64,000 nt of DNA from Eledone cirrhosa (GCA_964016885.1 OZ024741.1:251348001-251412000), one strand, 5' to 3'; shown: positions 28,950-44,054, counted from the first letter of the stretch. Notes: generated by a model from the sequence alone, not told the origin. Program-made: numbers and translations.

Positions 28950-29270
28950 TTATAATTATTATTGTTCTTTGAGTCTCAGTCACTGATGTTAGTTAACTGG
29001 AAAGTTTGTTGAAATGAATATCAAGCCACTACCTGCAGCCTCAGATATTCAGGACGTATCGGAGGGTTCTTGCTGTTCCCAGCAAGCAAGCCTTTTGAAG
29101 CGTTCCAAAAAGCGTGAAGGGGCCAATTTTCTTTAACCATCCCTGGAAACTTTTTGAGATAGTATCTAGTGCGCCTATGACAATCGGGACCACTTTGACT
29201 TCATGGCAGTTCCAAATCCTTTTTACCTCCCACTTTAAGTCCTGGTATCGGTTATTTTCTCCCGCTCCTT
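28950..29270 (-). mobile_element. R4/Dong-clade non-LTR retrotransposon 3' end
   Basis: Minus strand: RYQDLKWEVKRIWNCHEVKVVPIVIGALDTISKSFQGWLKKIG...LQKACLLGTARTLRYVLNI*, the REL-endonuclease C-terminus. Bordered by TAA-type repeats. Confidence 0.85.
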
Positions 29271-29504
29271 CTTCTTCTTCTTCTTCTTCTTATTATTATT
29301 ATTATTATTATTATAAGTACTATCATGTGACTGAAGACTAAGTCTTTAGCTTTTTTCTTGTTTCTTATTCCTGGCAATAACACCATGGTAGACTGAAAGA
29401 CTAAGTCAGCCCTAGCAGGAATTGAACTCAAGACCTGACTAGTAACTATAACATACCCAGTTAAGTACTTTATTGCTTCAACTCCTAACAAATAATCCCC
29501 TTAA

Positions 29505-29895
29505 CCCTTTAGCATTTACATTACTCTATATTTACTATTGTATTTTCATAGTAAAGCCAGTATCTCACATAATTATCACACATAATATCTTACATAACAT
29601 TTACATTACTCTATATTTACTATTGTATTTTCACGATAAAGGCTTTACCTCACATAATTATCACACATAATATCTTACATAACATTTACATTACTCTATA
29701 TTTACTATTGTATTTTCACGATAAAGGCTTTACCTCACATAATTATCACACATAATATCGAATCTATGAGATTTTGATATTATTTGTTTTGAGAACAATA
29801 CCTTAACAACAGAATGAGTAGCTGGTTACAGCTGGTATGAACAGAAAGAGGAGAGAGAATTCTTGCCGGATACAACCGGTTTAAATGCTAAAGGG
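29505..29895 (-). mobile_element. piggyBac-type MITE with internal ~84-bp triplication
   Basis: Same TIRs as 20694, TTAA at the left end; the subterminal unit is repeated three times (about 29510, 29595, 29679). Confidence 0.85.
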
Positions 29896-30792
29896 TTTAA
29901 ATCTATAAAATATCAACTTTTAGCAGATACAGGGGTCACTCACACATTTAGTGGATGGAGGTGAGAGATGCTAGGGAACAAGTAATTAAAATTAACCCTC
30001 CAGTATTAATATGGTATTCATGTTATTGACATACCGACACACACACACACACACACACACGCCCCCCCCCCCCCCCCCGCCCCCTCTCACTCACCCCAAA
30101 CTTATGAAAGGTGAAGTGTAAAGTCACCCCCACCCCACCCCCACCCCACAGCGCCATCGCCGCTGCAACATTACCCTGATATATGAATCAAGAACCAAGT
30201 TTGTTGTTGTAGTTATTGTTATTGTTTTTGTTTTTGTTGTTGTTATTGTTGTTATTATTGTTGTTGTTGTTTCTTTTGTTAATATTGTTGTTGTTGTTGT
30301 TGCTGTTCAGACCTTTGATAGATAAATAAATCTCAAGATATTTTCAAATGATTTGAGGAGTCATTCTCCAATGATCCACTCTTTTATCACCAACACAAGT
30401 ATCTTTTCTTTTTAGATACAATATAGTAATAGTATTATTATTAGTAGTAATAGTACTTGTTGTTGTTGTTGTTGTTGTTGTCGTTGTTGATGATATTGTT
30501 GTTGTTGTTGTTATTAAAAGTAGCCCCAGTCATGTTTTCGATCAGACAGACCGATGGAAGGGAAGCATAAATCTGCTATGTAATGTCTTGGAGAGAAGTT
30601 GGTCACTTGCGTTCCATGGTTTTACCAGCATTGGGCAGGGGTAGGTTGCTGCGGTGTCTAGCTTGTGGTAGATGGTTGTTGTTGTGGTTGAATTTGGGTA
30701 GCCCCGGTCAGCCCTGGTCAAGTAGACCTGTGGTGGGTAAAACACACGAGTAAGTCTGACCTACCTCATCACATATGCCCTATCCCTAACAT

Positions 30793-30854
<62 letters not shown>

Positions 30855-30980
30855 GCACACACACACACACTCACACACACACACTCACACTGACAACCAA
30901 CACTTCCACATAGGTACACACTATCACTGCAATCGACAATACCCCCACCCCTGCCCACCCACCACCACCATCATCATCAT

Positions 30981-31018
<38 letters not shown>

Positions 31019-31364
31019 TCTCACCATCCTCATCATCATCATCACCCTCAACATCATCATCAGCATTATCATTATCAAAATCACCAACAGCATTATCATC
31101 ATCATCATCAAAATAATCATCATAAAAAATTACCATCATCATCAACATCATGAACATCAGCACCAGCCCCACCATCATCATCGTCATCATCATCACCACC
31201 ATCTCCCGTTTCCCATATAAATTCAGGTGGATCTGCTCCATACAATATTGTATTCAACATATATAGGTATTTCTCCCCCTTATTGTCTATAAAGAAACAC
31301 ACACACACATATGCAGTCTCTCTCTCACACTTACTCTTTCTCCGCTTCTTATAAGTGGTTGAAG

Positions 31365-31620
31365 TCTTCACACAGGTGCCACATTGCTCACATGGGTGCA
31401 ATAGACAACATATAGGAGCAACATTGCTTATTCAGGTGCCACATTGCTCTCACAGGTGCCACATTGCTTTCACAGGTGCCACATTGCTCACACAGGTGCC
31501 ACATTGCTCACACAGGTGCAACATTGCTCACACAGGTGCCACATTGCTCACACAGGTGCCACATTGCTCACATTGGTGCAACAGACAACAAACAGGTGCA
31601 ACAGTTCTTACACAGGTGGG
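31365..31620. repeat. 20-bp minisatellite (cacaggtgccacattgctca), decaying to about 32000
   Basis: Direct tandem units in the protocadherin intron. Confidence 0.9.
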
Positions 31621-32331
31621 CATACCACATCAAAGTGTCACATTCACTGTAAATAGCTGACATTCTCCACACAGGTGTGATATTGTTCACACAGGTGTCT
31701 CATTCCTCACTGTAGATAGCTGATATTCCTCTTAACAACAGTGCAGGAGTCTCCACGAGGTGTGGTATTGTTCACACAGGTCTATCTATCCTAAATCAGG
31801 TGTAATACTCTCCATACTAGATTATCATTAACCATAGTGGTGTATCTATCCTGATTCAGGTGTAATACTCTCTACACAGGTATATCAGTCATCATAACAC
31901 ACATGTAACAGTCATGACAGTGGAGTAACTGTATTCACACAAGTGTGACATTATTTACATCACTCAAATGTATCAGTTCCCTACACAAGATAAGGAAATC
32001 TCAACACGAATGTGTTAGTTATTACAGGTTTACCTGTCATGATATATGTGTGACAATTCTTATATAGGTGTGAGTCTCAATTCAGATGTTATTGACCCAA
32101 GAACAACTTGTGACAGTGATGAATTCACTGTAAAACACCATATTTATTTACTCAGCAAGAACTCACAGATAAATCTTTCTCTCATGTTATCTTATCATCA
32201 GTCTTGCCTTATGATACACAAAAATAACTTGCAAAAGCTCTTAGCCACCACTAATCTCAAATACTGCAACACTTCAGGCCAAAACAAGCATATTATTGAG
32301 GTCACAATGAACTATTGAAGATAGCACTTAC

Positions 32332-34740
32332 CAGTAAAACTGAAGGGGGCCTTCTTTCTGTAGTCGAGGTAGTCCATTCACTTTGGGACTCGTACTGAGG
32401 GTAAAAACCACTTTTCGATTCCATAAATTGTGTATTTCTGTTTCTCATTTCTGTTGATTGTCTTGTTTGAGTTCTTGTTGTTGCTACAGGTTTCTTAGTT
32501 GTGCAGGTGTAGTGGCTTTTCTCTCTGTCGGAGCTGATTTCTGTAATGTATTGTGTACCTCTGTCATTATTGCACCTCACCACACAAAGTGTGATTGACA
32601 CCACCACTGCTACAGATACTACTACTGCTGCTGTTACAATGATAATGACCCAAGTCAAGTTGATCATATTATCAGATTGTAACTGAACCCTATTCACTGC
32701 ATGAGATGTCTTGTTGCTGACGGTCAGTGTTAAAGACAAAGTAACCCTTGCTGTAAGGGCCGGAGTTCCACTGTCTCTGACAGTGATTTGTAGTTTGTAG
32801 GTACCAGCATCATTTTGGTAAACTGTCCGAGCAAAAGACAACACCCCAGAATAAGGGTTTACTGTAAAGAGTTGTTTGTTGTTTCCTCTAAGTATTTCAT
32901 ATTTAAGGAATGAATTTAAATGACTGTCCCTGTCTGAAGCCCTTAATACAGTGATCTTCTTCATACTTTGGGGATGATAGTGAACAACAAGGCTGAAAGG
33001 GTCTGAGCTAGGAAATGTGAAATAAGGGGCATTATCATTCTCATCTAAAACTTCAACAATGACCTTCGCTGTGTTATTTAGGGAAGGGTTTCCTTTGTCT
33101 TTAACAAACACCTGGAACTTATAAACATTTTGTTGTTCTCTATCCAGTGGTATGGTGGTTGAAATAAAACCATAATCAGTTATTTGGAATGGTATCACAT
33201 GTTTACTGGTACTCAACAGAGAAAATGTTAGTTGACCTCCAGATCCGATATCAGGGTCTGTGGCATTAATAAAACCAATGGGAAAGTTTGTTTTCCCATT
33301 TTCATAAGTCAGAAATTTGAATGATTCTTTAGTAAATTGTGGCTGTACATCGTTGACATCTATTACTTCAATGGAGAACTGTCTTTGAGTTTGTAAGGGA
33401 GGGGATCCTTTATCTTCACAAGAAATTGTAATGTCATACCTATCTTGTTTCTCTCTGTCAACAGGTTTCTTTAATGTAATTTTATATTCCTTTAAACCTA
33501 AATCTAAAAGAAGGAATTTATCATGGTGTAGGCTACATTCCACCTCACCATTCTGTCCAATGTCATTGTCGATAACACTGACATAAGCTATGAAACTACC
33601 GACTTTAATTCCCTCAGAAATGGCTGCTGTATTCTCTTTCATCTGAGTGACAAAGTTGACATCTATTTCTGGTGCCATATTGTGTTGGTTAATCACATTC
33701 ACCAAAACCATGGCTATGGAACTGAGAGGCGCTGTGCCACCATCTGTTGCTCGTACAAACAATTTATATGTCTTTTTATGTTCTGATCTAAGATCCTTTT
33801 GAATAAATATCTCACCAGTATCTCGATTGAGTCTAAAGTAGGATTTTACACTTTCAGGTGTTTCAGAACTAAACTGGTAAGATACTTTACCATTTTCTCC
33901 AGAATCCAGATCTCTTGCCGACAATTTTATTATTGCCCCATTTCTCTGGTGAGTATTCTTTACAGAAATATTGAAAATATCTCGTTTAAAAAATGGTGGA
34001 TTATCATTAACATCTGTCACTGTTATGTGCACATCTAAAACACCTTGTTTAGGTGGGTAACCACCATCTTTGGCAATTACTTGTACATTGTATGAGTCTC
34101 TCACCTCTCGGTCTAAATTTTCTAGCAGAACTATACCTAACTCAGAAGTTCCTGTTATCCGTTTGTTGACAGACAATGTGAAGGGTTCTTTATCATCCAT
34201 CTTTAATTGGTATGTAATTTTGGAATATTGAACCCCAATATCCTTGTCAACAGCATTCGGTATTGAAATTTTCATCCCTTCCTTGTCCCCTTCAGAAAAC
34301 TGGATGTTGGCAAACTTATCAGGAAACTCAGGCCGGTTGTCGTTGACATCTTGTACTACAAGTTTAATCTTCAGTATTTTCATAAATGTCTCTGCTTTTC
34401 GAACTGCAACTTTGACTATCTTAGAACATTCCATCTTGTATGAACATAATGCCTCAGCATCCAATGACTGAGCTGTGTATAATTTACCTTTCTTAGTCAC
34501 ATTGAACAAGCGGAAACTGTCCGATAGTCTTTGTTCCAGTTGGTTGAACGTTATGAGATTGTGGTCTTGGAATGGTATTTTGTCCATCAGGTGTAGGTCA
34601 GTAGCGATGTCTCCCACATACGCTCCAGGACCTTTCCCTTCCTCTACATGGTAGGTAAGGTCTACACAGAGGCAGCAGTGTAGAACCAAGCAAAGTATTG
34701 CCGCTGTGTGAAGAACATCTTTTCTTTTTGTTCTCTTCAT
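32332..34740 (-). CDS. Protocadherin, large ectodomain+TM coding exon (signal peptide, 6 cadherin repeats, TM, start of cytoplasmic tail); continues by splicing
   Basis: ORF 32302..34758. First ATG at 34740 (MKRTKRKDVLHTAAILCLVLHCCLC, signal peptide). EC1 has the C-x5-C motif (CSYKMEC). Linkers DVNDNRP, DVNDNPP, DVNDVQP and DENDNAP; LDRE/VDRE, AxDxD and DxGxP motifs; TM LTWVIIIVTAAVVVSVAVVVSITLCVV. Acceptor ttcttctttttctatttcag| precedes 34772. A consensus donor CTG|GTAAGT follows 32332 (phase 0), so the ORF's last residues VSAIFNSSL are probably intronic. Confidence 0.96.
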
Positions 34741-35661
34741 CACTAAATCATCGGTCAATGAACAAAAACATTCTGAAATAGAAAAAGAAGAAACCAGCTA
34801 TTAGAAATATTGACAATAATGTGTTAGAGGTAGGGAACAATATGAAGTTATTTAGAAGTCATATAAGAGGTATTAGAAAAACAATATAAAGCCTGTTACA
34901 GCAGGTCCTGTCAGAGCAATAATATGTGCGGTCTGTGAAAAAAGTATATTTTTCTCGTGAGAAGTAATGACATTAAGGAGACAAAAGTGTGCAGAGTGGA
35001 GCTGCCTACTTTCATGTGCATGTATGGTTGTTAGTGAGCTTGTCTGATGTGTCAATCACTGTTAGGCAGCCAGCATGTGATGTGCTGTACTACTTACTGT
35101 AAAACAAATTGGAGAGGAACTTTCCAGGTGCAACCTGATGGTCAGTCATGACTGAAGGATGGCAGGGGCACTTCCTCCTCCCCTCTCATGGTATATAGAT
35201 ATCTAGTACAGTAGAACAGATGCCAGTATAGTAGTTATGGAAAAAAATAAAGAGCAGACACAGTAAATGTTTGAGACAGTGATTGTAATGAATTGGTAGG
35301 GGGAATCATTACCGATATCATGGAGGAGCAAGTTACATTCTAGGATAGCTGTGAATATTCACATGTGTGTGTGTGTATGTGTGATATGTGTGTAAGTCTG
35401 TGTATCTGTGTGTGTGTGTGTGCTATATGTTTACTGAGCACTGTATCACGTGTTAATTTCTCCCTCCACCTCTCAAGAATTCCTCACTTGTTACGAACAC
35501 ATCAAGAAACAGTCCTTTTTGACGGATCTCTTGATAAGCCTTATCAACCTTACAGCAATGATGCACTTCTATAGTGCATAAATTGTTGCAAATAGGTTTG
35601 GCGAAACTGCAGACTGGACTTTGAAGAAAAAATAGGTATATTTTTGTCTATTATTTCGTCA

Positions 35662-35715
<54 letters not shown>

Positions 35716-35808
35716 AATGGAAGTTCAGTAGAATCGAAGCTTTGGCTGCAGCCAAGCTAACGAATGCAATCGGAATGTGCAGCTAAGCACTCAATAAGGT
35801 AGTTTTAC

Positions 35809-35905
35809 CTTAGAGTAATAACATTACGTTTAGACAGCTTGACAAATTGAAGACTGCGACTGGTGAGCCAGCTGCAGGTACCAAAGCAACGAGAAAACCA
35901 ACTCA
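35809..35905 (-). promoter_or_regulatory. Candidate non-coding 5' exon/proximal promoter of the protocadherin
   Basis: Unique non-repetitive island about 1 kb upstream of the acceptor at 34773. It ends in AAG|GTAAAA (minus strand, boundary 35809) and is preceded on the minus strand by a long (CT)n tract. Confidence 0.4.
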
Positions 35906-35945
35906 GATATATATATATAGAGAGAGAGAGAGATAGTGAGAGAAT

Positions 35946-36025
<80 letters not shown>

Positions 36026-36610
36026 TGTATATACATGTGAGAGAGGATGTGCTAGAAAGAACCTGTCTAACCCATGCAAACATGGAACAGTGGATGTAAA
36101 ACAGTGATGATGATGATGATGTATACATAAATATCTATATATATAACTATCTATCTATATATATATATATATGTATGTCTTTGTATCTGTATGTGTTATA
36201 TGTTTACTGTTATATATATATGTGTGTGTGAGTGTGGGCTAGTCTTTTTAAAAAGCACTCATTGAACAATGTAGTCTTAGATATAGTGTCTGGATGTAGC
36301 CTTAGATATAGTATAAGACAGGATGGTCATGGCTGCAGTGTCTTTGATCATAGTTAAGCTCTATGGGGGGAAATGAAACTAAACAACAAGAGGACCTCCA
36401 TTGTTTCTAGTTATGAGTGCTCCAATTGATTCAATCAACAGAACTACTTGCTCATGAAATTAATGTGTAAATGACTGAGCATCCCACAAATATGTGTATC
36501 CTTAACATAGTTCTCAGGGAGATTCAGCATGACATAGTGTGTGACAAAGCTGGTTCTTTTAATTTACTGGCTGTGTGACAAAGTGTGTGACAAAGCTGGT
36601 TCTTTTAAAT

Positions 36611-36945
36611 GGAGGCACATGGCTTAGTGGTTAGTGCATTGGATTTGCAATCGAAAGGTTGTGAGTTCAATTCTCAGACCAGGTGATGTGTTGTTTCCTT
36701 GAGCAAGACACTTAATTTCACATTGCTCCAGTTTACTCAGCAGTAGAAATGAGATGATAGGGACTGGGATCCCTATCATTCCACTGCAAAGTGGTCATGG
36801 AGGTGCCACGGCAAAAAAGCACCCAGCACTCACTGTAAATGAGGTTGGTGTTAGGAAGGGCATCCAGCTGTAAAAATCAAGCCAGAATCAGTTCCCGTCC
36901 CACCCTTGCAAGCAGGGAAAAAGGGGACATAAAATGAATGGAATG
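36611..36945 (+). mobile_element. tRNA-derived SINE, family 2
   Basis: A box TGGCTTAGTGG, B box GAGTTCAATTC, body ccttgagcaagacactt, LINE-like tail ggtgttaggaagggcatccagctgta. Confidence 0.85.
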
Positions 36946-37740
36946 AATGAGAGTATGGTTGGGGACATGGCAGGGTTCACTTTTTCCCTATCAGATATAT
37001 CCCTCCTCACTGGAGACCAAGCCTCTTGGCTTTCATTTTCTCTTCCATAATTTACCGTTTTGTGTCTTTTTGGTGTTTATTTTTGTGTAGAGCTAGATAT
37101 ATTATATTTGAAAATCTGATGTGATAGCTATGGCTGGAATACCATCCATCAGGTTTGACTCTAGAGCTGAACAACAACAACAATTACGGTTCTGATTTAG
37201 GCACAAGGCTAACAATTTTTTGGGAGAGAAAATTTGATTAGATCCCCCTTCCCCCAGCGCATTACTGGTACTTTATTTTATCGACCCCGTAAGGATGAGA
37301 GGCAAAGCTAACCTCAACAGGATTTGAACACAGAGTGTAAAGGGCCATAAACTATGCTGCAAAGCATATTGCCCGACGTTCTACCAATACTGCCAACCCA
37401 CCACCCTCACAACAACAACAACAATAATTGCTCTATACAATTATCTGGGAGCTCTCAACCCTGTAAGGTGGAAGTATTTATTTGACATAGGAAACTAAAT
37501 GTTCCCTAAATTCCATCCCATAAGGTGTAATTCGATGTGGTGGTCATGGGACATTGAAATAATGTAGTACTAAATGTAACTATGGTTGAAAATATGATGA
37601 TATGATGACGACGTGATGGTCATGGATGGAAAGCTGTAGATCATAAGTTAGCTAGGTCAGGGCAGACCTCATGCTAAAACAACAACAAGGCTTGCTACTA
37701 CTGCTGCACACAAACATATTCACATACATGTGAAGACTAG

Positions 37741-37771
<31 letters not shown>

Positions 37772-37949
37772 AACTACTACTATTACTACTACTGCCACTA
37801 ATATTACCACCACCTCTACCACTACTACTACCACCTCTACTACTAATGTACACACAGACACCCATCCAAGCTGACTGGAACAACAACATACTAGCAATCA
37901 GCCTTTACAGTAATCAATAGTGAAATCTCATTGCATATTTACTGAAAAT

Positions 37950-39100
37950 ATCACACACACAATATATCGTATCAGCTCACATACACCACCACTACCACCA
38001 CTACTACTACCACCACAACTACCACATAATATATCACATCTCATACACCACAACTACCACCACTACCACTACTACTACCACCACCATCACCACTACCACT
38101 ACCACCACCATCACCACTACCGCCACCACATAATATCGTATCACATCTCACAGATTCCACCACCACCACCACCACATAATATATCACATCGCATACACAC
38201 CACCACCACCACTACCACCACCACCACACAATATCGTATCACTGCTCATACACCCCACCACCACCACCACCACCACATAATATTGTATCACCTCTCATAC
38301 ACCCCTCCACCACCACACAATGTCATATTAGCTCTCATACACCCCACCACCACCACACAATAACCTATCACTTCTCATACACACCACTGCCAATACCACC
38401 ATTACAATATATATTACTTCTCATACACACCACCACCACCACATAATATCGTATCATATCTCATACACCCACCACCAGCACACAATAGCATATTACCTCC
38501 CTTAACCCCTCTCTATGTGTCTCTCTCTCTCACACACACACAATATCACATTACCTCCCTCTCTATGTGTCTCTCTCTCTCACACACACACAATATCACA
38601 TTACCTCCCTCTCTCTCACACACACACAATATCACATTACCTCCCTCTCTCTCACACACACACAATATCACATTACCTCCCTCTCTCACACACACACACA
38701 ATATCACATTACCTCCCTCTCTCTCACACACACACAATATCACATTACCTCCCGCTCTCTCACACACACACAATATCACATTACCTCCCTCTCTCTCACA
38801 CACACACAATATCACATTACCTCCCTCTCTCTCACACACACACAATATCACATTAACCCCTCTCTCTCTCTCACACACACGATATCACATTAACCCCTCT
38901 CTCTCTCTGTCACACACACAATATCACATTACCCCCTCTCTCCCTATCTCTCTCTCACACACAATATCACATTACCCCCCTCTCTCCCTATCTCTCTCAC
39001 ACACACAATATCACATTACCTCCCTCTCTCCCCTATCTCTCTCTCACCCACAATATCACATTACCCCCCCCCCCCTCTCTCTCACATACAATATCATATC
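37950..39100. repeat. Compound minisatellite (degenerate ACC-rich units, then ~33-bp cacacacacaatatcacattacctccctctctct)
   Basis: Direct tandem units. Confidence 0.85.
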
Positions 39101-39399
39101 AACTCCAATACTCTCTCTCTCTTGAACTCTTGGAAAATACCCTCCCCCTCTCTTACTAACTGTTTACACACTTGTTGCCTCTCTATATATGTTCTAGTTT
39201 GTCTGTCTGCCTGTCTGTCTGCATGTATGCATGCATATATACATGTATGTATGCATATATGTATGCCTGTATGTATACATGTATATATGTATGTATGTAT
39301 TCATGTATACATGTATTATATATGTATGCATGTATATATGTATGCCTGTACATTTACATGTATATATGTATTTGAATACATATTATTCATCTATGCACA

Positions 39400-40060
39400 T
39401 ATACATGTATTATGTATGTATGCATGTATATATGTATGTATGCATCCATTTTTGTATGTATATATGAATTTATGTATGTATGTGTGCATGTATATATGTA
39501 TGTATGCATCCATTTTTGTATGTATATATGAATTTATGTATGTATGTATGCATGTATATATGTATGTATGCATCCATTTTTGTATGTATATATGAATTTA
39601 TGTATGTATGTATGCATGTATATATGTATGTATGCATCCATTTTTGTATGTATATATGAATTTATTTATGTATGTATGCATGTATATATGTATGTATGCA
39701 TCCATTTTTGTATGTATATATGAATTTATGTATGTATGTATGCATGTATATATGTATGTATGCATCCATTTTTGTATGTATATATGAATTTATTTATGTA
39801 TGTATGCATGTATATATGTATGTATGCATCCATTTTTGTATGTATATATGAATTTATGTATGTATGTATGCATGTATATATGTATGTATGCATCCATTTT
39901 TGTATGTATGTATGAATTTATGTATGTATGTATGCATGTATATATGTATGTATGCATCCATTTTTGAATGTATATATGAATTTATGTATGTATGTATGCA
40001 TGTATATATGTATGTATGCATCCATTTTTGTATGTATATATGAATTTATGTATGTATGTG
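39400..40060. repeat. 64-bp minisatellite built on TATG, about 10 copies
   Basis: catccatttttg recurs with period 64 (39443, 39507...). Confidence 0.9.
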
Positions 40061-40462
40061 TGCATGCATGCATGCATATATGTATCAATTTTTGTACGTA
40101 TGCTTGTCTGTACGTATGTATGTATGCATGTATGTATGTATGCATGTATGTATGTATGCATGCATGTATGTATGCATGTATGTATGTATATATATCTGCA
40201 AACAAGACTATTGTTTGCCCTAACCCATAAACAAGACACACAGAAAATGCCATTAAGCCAACCGCTGATTCGTACTTATCATTCCTGTTAAACCAGCAAC
40301 TGACCTGCATCCCTATATTCCATAAACCAACCACAAACCCACACCAGCTACTGAAATGGGAGAGACAGAGGTTATCAAGCTGCAGCTGTCATATTACCTA
40401 GTTTCTGTATAATATAACTATTAATATCTGCAGCAACTATTTTATAATAGAGTTACGTATTC

Positions 40463-40500
<38 letters not shown>

Positions 40501-40503
<3 letters not shown>

Positions 40504-40688
40504 TTATTCCGGGTTCAATCGGAGGTAACCACAGTAAGTAAGGTACTCAATACATAGCAGAGTATAAATGTTTAATATAGAAAAGCTTCTACAGGACTGG
40601 AACTGTTTCATTCGTGAGAAATCATCAGGAAGCCCTGATGATTTCTCACAAATGAAACAGTTCTAGTCCTGTTGAACCTTTTCTATAT

Positions 40689-40692
<4 letters not shown>
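40501..40692 (-). mobile_element. Fold-back Penelope-type mini-element, family A, in (TA)n
   Basis: Palindrome 40571-40692 plus tail to 40501; homologous to 48001-48182. Confidence 0.75.
40585..40633 (-). ncRNA. Type-I hammerhead ribozyme (family A)
   Basis: Minus strand: GCTTC-CTGATGA-tTTCtcacGAAt-GAAACAG-ttccagtc-CTGTA|GAAGC. Stems I-III are present; GUA cleavage triplet. Confidence 0.75.
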
Positions 40693-40750
<58 letters not shown>

Positions 40751-40804
40751 CTCTTTTACCTGTTTCAGCCATCCGGCTGAGGCCATGCTGGGACACCGCC
40801 CTTG

Positions 40805-40835
<31 letters not shown>

Positions 40836-41019
40836 ATAGGAAAATGTATGACCCCAACAGCAGAGCTCAAGAGCCATTTCAACGGCTATTTCTGGACTAT
40901 TTGCGTCCAGCAATAGCCGTCGAGGTGATACATTTTCCTTTACCCACTCTACTACCCTAAGTATTGAGTACTCTGGTATGATATGGTCCATCTGGTTCCT
41001 TACCACAACTCCTTCGTTA
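40836..41019. mobile_element. Fold-back mini-element, family B (stem III deleted in the long arm)
   Basis: Reverse-oriented homologue of 1218-1385; in (TA)n. Confidence 0.7.
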
Positions 41020-41402
41020 TATATATATATATATGTATTTAGATGTATATATGTGTATATATGTATATAGATGTAAGACTACCTGTATCTATGTATATAT
41101 ATATGCATGTATGTATGTATATATGTATGTATCTAAGTATGCATATATGCATGTATGTATTTATGTGTGTATGCATGTATGTATGTATATATGTATACAT
41201 GCTTTGTATGTATGTACTGTATGTATGAAAATATGTTGTTATTCAAAGATAGAACCCTACTAGATAGGTTGGTAAACCATATCTCACTCCTTGCTATTGT
41301 TTGGCATACTTTGTATTCCTGGGTACTCTTCCTAACACCAATCACATTAGTGAATGTATTTGATGCCTTTTATCATAGCACCAACACTTGAGACATTGTT
41401 TT

Positions 41403-41735
41403 AGGCACATGGCTTAGTGGTTAGAGCATTGGCCTTGCAATTGAAAGGTTGTGAGTTCAATTCTCAGACCGGGCAATGTGTTGTTTCCTTGAGCAAGACA
41501 CTTTATTTCACATTGCTCCAGTTTACTCAGCTGTAGAAATAAGATGATAGGGACTGGGGTACATATCATTCCACTGCAAAGTGGACGTGGAGGTGCCACG
41601 GCAAAAAAAGCACCCAGCACTCACTGTAAATGAGGTTGGTGTTAGGAAGGGCATCCAGCTGTAGAAATCAAGCCAGAATCAGTTCCCGCCCCACCCTTGT
41701 AAGCAGGGAAAAGCGGACGTAAAATGATGATGATG
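41403..41735 (+). mobile_element. SINE family 2
   Basis: Closely matches 36611-36945. Confidence 0.85.
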
Positions 41736-42205
41736 CTATATATATATATATAATCATCATCATCATCATTTAACGTCTATCTTCTATGCTAGCATGGGTT
41801 AGACGGGTTTGTCCCATTTAGAGGTAAGTTGGGTCGGGTGACCATGTCTCGCTCATATAGGACTGTTTCTGGCTGGTTTTCTACGGCTGATGCCCTTTCT
41901 AACGCCAACCACATTTAAAGTGTGTGCTGGTGCTTTTTGTCGTGACATACATATATATATATATATGCAAAAAGTAAACAGAAATAACAAAGGAAACAAC
42001 ACAGTACAATGAACAAATATATTAGTTTAATGCTTGATATAGTAGAAAAAGAGTCTTTACATTTTGGACACTAGTCCCTCATCAGAAGATAGAATAAGAA
42101 ATATATACCTGTGCATGTGTGCCGTACATAGTTATATATATATATACATATATATATACATACATACAGATACATACATATATATATATACATACATATA
42201 TATAT

Positions 42206-42940
<735 letters not shown>

Positions 42941-42988
42941 TATATATATACATACATATATATATACATACATATATATATACATATA

Positions 42989-43054
<66 letters not shown>

Positions 43055-43158
43055 GTCCTATACGAGCGAGACACGGTCACCTGACCAATCTTACCTCAAA
43101 TGGGACAATTCCTGTCTAACCCATGCTAGCGTGGAAGATAGACGTTAAACAATGATGA

Positions 43159-43200
<42 letters not shown>

Positions 43201-43604
43201 TCATCATTTTACGTCTGCTTTTCCCATATGTATGTATGTTTAAAATTGATGAGTGGAATTTGAAATTTATGGGACAATTAGTAGCTTCATGAAATTTTTA
43301 TTTACTATAGAAAAATAGTCTAAATAATAGGGAAATTTTGCTCATGATTTCTATATACAGATATGTTTATCTCTTGTTATGTATGTATAGCTTTAAAATA
43401 TCATGAAAAAATGTGATAAGCACCTTAATGTAATGGTAGCATTTCTGTCTGGTAAGCATGACAGGGCAGGTTCATGTCCCACAAGTGCTAATGTCTATTT
43501 TTTCCATCAAGCAACGTTATATGCTCTATTATTTAGATAATTTTTTTATAGTAAAAAAGCAGTTCAATGAAGCTTCTAACTTTCTCATAAATACATACGT
43601 ATAT

Positions 43605-43940
43605 CATCATTTCATTTTACATCCACTTTTCCCTGCTTGCAAGGGTGGGACGGGAACTGATTGTGGCTTGATTTCTACAGCTGGATGCCCTTCCTAACAC
43701 CAACCTCATTTACAGTGAGTGCTGGGTGCTTTTTTTTTGCCGTGGCACCTCCACGACCACTTTGCAGTGGAATGATAGGGACCCCAGTCCCTATCATCTC
43801 ATTTCTACAGCTGAGTAAACTGGAGCAATGTGAAATAAAGTGTCTTGCTCAAGGAAACAACACATGGCCCGGTTTGAGAATTGAACTCACAACCTTTCGA
43901 TTGCAAGGCCAATGCTCTAACCAATAAGCCATGTGCCTCC
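43605..43940 (-). mobile_element. SINE family 2 (inverted)
   Basis: Reverse complement of 41403-41735. Confidence 0.85.

Positions 43941-44054
<114 letters not shown>

Noticed and set aside
34741-34758. ORF-track start MTDDLV of the protocadherin
   Set aside because: It starts at TTG; the first in-frame ATG is at 34740, directly before the signal peptide.
36611-36690. tRNA-like head with GCA anticodon-like loop (also 41403, 43940, 44362)
   Set aside because: No proper acceptor stem, and it is fused to a SINE body and tail; not a tRNA gene.
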